Of a DNA stretch of 64,000 nucleotides, positions 61,115-64,000 are shown in pieces (positions within the stretch are counted from its first letter, which is position 1; every line of letters starts with the position of its first letter). Origin of the DNA: Ramazzottius varieornatus. Lineage: Eukaryota; Animalia; Tardigrada. The notes under the pieces were generated by a model that was not told the origin of the DNA, ran no database searches, and saw only the letters and a program-made list of their open reading frames with translations. Location: the NCBI GenBank assembly GCA_001949185.1, contig BDGG01000001.1, positions 248,001-312,000 on the forward strand, in the 5' to 3' direction. Both the position numbers and the translations under genes were made by a program.

Positions 61115-62679
61115 CATATTTGCGAAAAAGATTTTGAAGGGACGTGAAAAGAGTGCTTGTTGTTTTTTCTTTGTTGCTCAGTTTGAGTGGACTCTAATAC
61201 TGTTGCTGTAACTCGGTATACTCTCTTGCTGACTATTTACTTTGACTTCGTGTTCGGGAAGGATGCATCGTTTCCTGTTCAATGTGGACTAACAAAGCTA
61301 CTGTACTCATGCGAAAAGTGCCTTTGGATCTTCCTAGTTTTCTTTTTCTTACTTGTTGATATAATTGGAATAAAATGAATGCAATTACTCTTCCATATGC
61401 GACAGGGTCACGTTTGTAGTCTAGATGGCTCTTCACTTTCGTCTATGTATTCCTGTAATTATGATCAACGGGAATTTAGGATACTTTGGCGGCAAGTCAA
61501 GCATCAGTGATTGCCACTTTCGATGAGCTTGTGGGTAGATGTCAGACGATGTTCACACGGAAGAAAAGCCGTCGTCGGTGGAGCAGGAACATGGTGAGAT
61601 GAACACGCATCCTATCCTAGCAAGAAGGCCCTTCTAGAAAGCAACCGTACTCACGACGAGATCGCCGGACTGATGGTGGATATGGTTCAACTGCAAGAAG
61701 AAAAACGCGCGGTTATCTGTCTCCGGAGCAGACATGGCACTTGGAAACTGAGGAAAAGCTGGATAACATGAGGACGCGCGGAGAAGGGGTCTGTGGACAA
61801 GCCCTGTCCGTCGAGCAGCCAGTGGAAGATCTGTTCGGCTACGCCCAAATTACAGCAAAACAGCGGAAGGAAGGCGACGAATCGCATCTGGTACTCTGGA
61901 TCACTGAATATCTTGGTTTGGCAGACTACTGGGCCGACAAGCTTGAACCTTAGCCATACAGGTTGATTCACATCAAGCCGACGGATTCTGAAAATCGTAG
62001 AAAATGTACCTTGCTCGTCAGAGTCGTGCTTCCACCCGTTAGAAAGATCATGTTTGGATCTTGCGACGAGCATATATTCTAAGGTCATAACTTTCACCAG
62101 AAAGAGAAACTTTGAGCGATGTTCTTTTTCTCCTATGTCGTTTTGTGGTTTCAGGAAGATAGCATCAGCGGAATGTTTTTAGCAGCTTGCTGTAGTAACA
62201 CATAATTCTCAACAGAGCCAATTCAGCTTCAAACCGACCCTCGATTTCTGAGTACCGGCAAATTTTTCGAACCTGCTTTTTTTACCAATCAACCGACATG
62301 CCCCAGATTTTTAAACAAAGGTTTCAAGAGCTTGAACTAATAGGAGACAAGATTTGACAGTAGGCAAAGAAGCGCAGAATTTTTGCAGCACTTCAAAATC
62401 CGTCGGCTTGATCTGAATCAACCTGTAAGCGTGATTTGGGATCGGCTGTACTGTACGAGTGCCCCATAGTACAGTACGAGTAGTGCAAGCGTTGACAACA
62501 TAATGTCCAACTCCAGAAGACCTTATTTCTTGGTGGAGACCTTGTTAGAACATTATTTGCCAACCCTTCAAACTATGTAACGCCTTGCAGAAACAGTATT
62601 GATAGTTTATTCAAGCGTGTCTGTCTCAAATGAGGCCAGAGTGCGGTAGTTTCCCTTTCGGCACATGTTCAGTAGGTAC

Positions 62680-63018
62680 GAGGTAAACGACATAATTCGG
62701 GCATAGTTACTTTTCACTCGTAATTTGGGCATATTTTTTTCTCACCTCCTGCTGCGCGTACTGAATTTCTTTCTGTTTCGCGAGGTAGACTGATCCCTTT
62801 TTTTCGAGATTTTAATAGGTTTGAGAACGACAAAGCGTTGTGAATCACGGGAATTTGGCCTGGGAGAGAGATGGGTATGTCCAATGTTGAAAAGCCCAGT
62901 GGTGTATCAACAAGCGTACAATGAGACATGAATCAAGCGTTGACGATCATGTTCAAACTTTTCGCGTTGGCGGATTATGGTGCGAAAATCGATATGCCCA
63001 AATTATGTCGTTTACCTC
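62680..63018. mobile_element. ~340-bp MITE-like element
   Basis: 26-bp TIR GAGGTAAACGACATAATT(C/T)GGGCATA. No TSD recognised. Confidence 0.6.
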
Positions 63019-64000
63019 CTAGTGTGAACAGCGCCAAATTCCTCGTGGTTTTTGCTGGTCGAGTTGAGTTGTAAATGGATAGACTCTTGACGTTTTTCTA
63101 AGACCTGTTAGGGTAACGTGTTCAACCTTGAGTGTCCCAGTACGTTTAGTTTCCTGCAGTACGACGTACAACGCGGGATATCCCGCAGAGAAAACCTATT
63201 TTACAGTCCGTTCCAGCCAAGTTGTTCCCGGCACGTTGTCGTCCACTTTCAATTTTCGTCTTCGGAAGAGTTATCTTTCAAGTAAAACGTATCCAGAAAG
63301 GAAAAATTCTATGCCACCTTCCGCGTATTTTCTGCTAGCCAATATAGTTCTACATACAAGACCGCTGTCGTCTTATGTCTGCGAAGCATGGTAAACCAAG
63401 AGGACTGAGATTCCCAACTCACTAGAAATTTGCCTTCTCCGTGGCCCCAACAAATTGATCGTCATTCACTAGCGACTATAAAACCTGAAACGCTTGACCA
63501 TGACTAGATAGCGAAGATGCTGTCAAGTGACAGGAAAGAAGTAGCAGGGCGGTCTGACGGAGGAGAGCAAAATCACGAATCTCTGAAGTTTAAGGTTTCC
63601 AAAATTCGCAAGTCATACTTTCGTACTTAATAGTATACTTCTTTATTACCTGGGCAGAACGGGAATGTTGAAGGCGATGACCTGCAAGCAAACACAGGGC
63701 CCCTGGTGGCAGTCACAGAAATCTGACTTGAGTCCACCTCGGCCAGAAGGTGCGTCCAGAAGGCAAGTTTTTGTCGTAAAAGTTTGCGTAATAAAACAAT
63801 ATTTCAAAATTGGACTTGACGTCACCGCTCGGTACAAACGGTTCGGTTTCGGTGGGTCTATGAAACACGTCGAATAGGGTTTAACTCAAAAATGACAAAG
63901 ACGAAGCCTTCGCTGGGCAGATCGACACCAGTCGAGTAGCAAACAGCATCTGATCACTTTTTACCATATTTGGCTGACGAAAAGCCATTCAGATTCACAT

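Noticed and set aside
1-64000. tRNA, rRNA or snRNA genes
   Set aside because: None recognised by eye; a covariance-model scan would be needed to exclude them.

Overview
Eukaryotic (invertebrate animal, possibly a nematode or relative) genomic DNA with short GT-AG introns. Two host gene blocks flank a ~30 kb mobile-element island. Left block (1-15.5 kb): C-clamp protein, ODF3/SHIPPO-repeat protein, SUMO-like protein with a long acidic arm, NYN-domain ribonuclease-like protein, CTR9. Right block (45.9-61.1 kb): Rab1 paralog, CCN-family protein, TACO1, RPL37A, an unknown gene and an SLC16/MCT transporter. The core of the island (~19-33 kb) is a decayed Maverick/Polinton (adintovirus-like) endogenous virus. 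It carries pPolB (OTU, Cys-rich and exonuclease parts only), packaging ATPase, adenain protease, major and minor capsid proteins, a basic core protein and an integrase with a chromodomain. Unusual traits of this element: spliceosomal introns in pPolB and accessory genes, a tandem-BIR IAP gene, two homologous single-pass LRR-cap surface proteins (one spliced, one intronless), stop-start coupled genes and dispersed hairpin repeats. The island also holds a Helitron helicase read in frame into an OTU-like domain, a CRE-type retrotransposon tail, a kinase pseudogene, a DD85E IS630/Tc1 (Sailor-like) transposon with 233-bp TIRs and several MITEs. A ~50-bp palindromic repeat family is scattered through host introns but was not seen in the island. 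All calls come from motif recognition by eye; no database searches were run.
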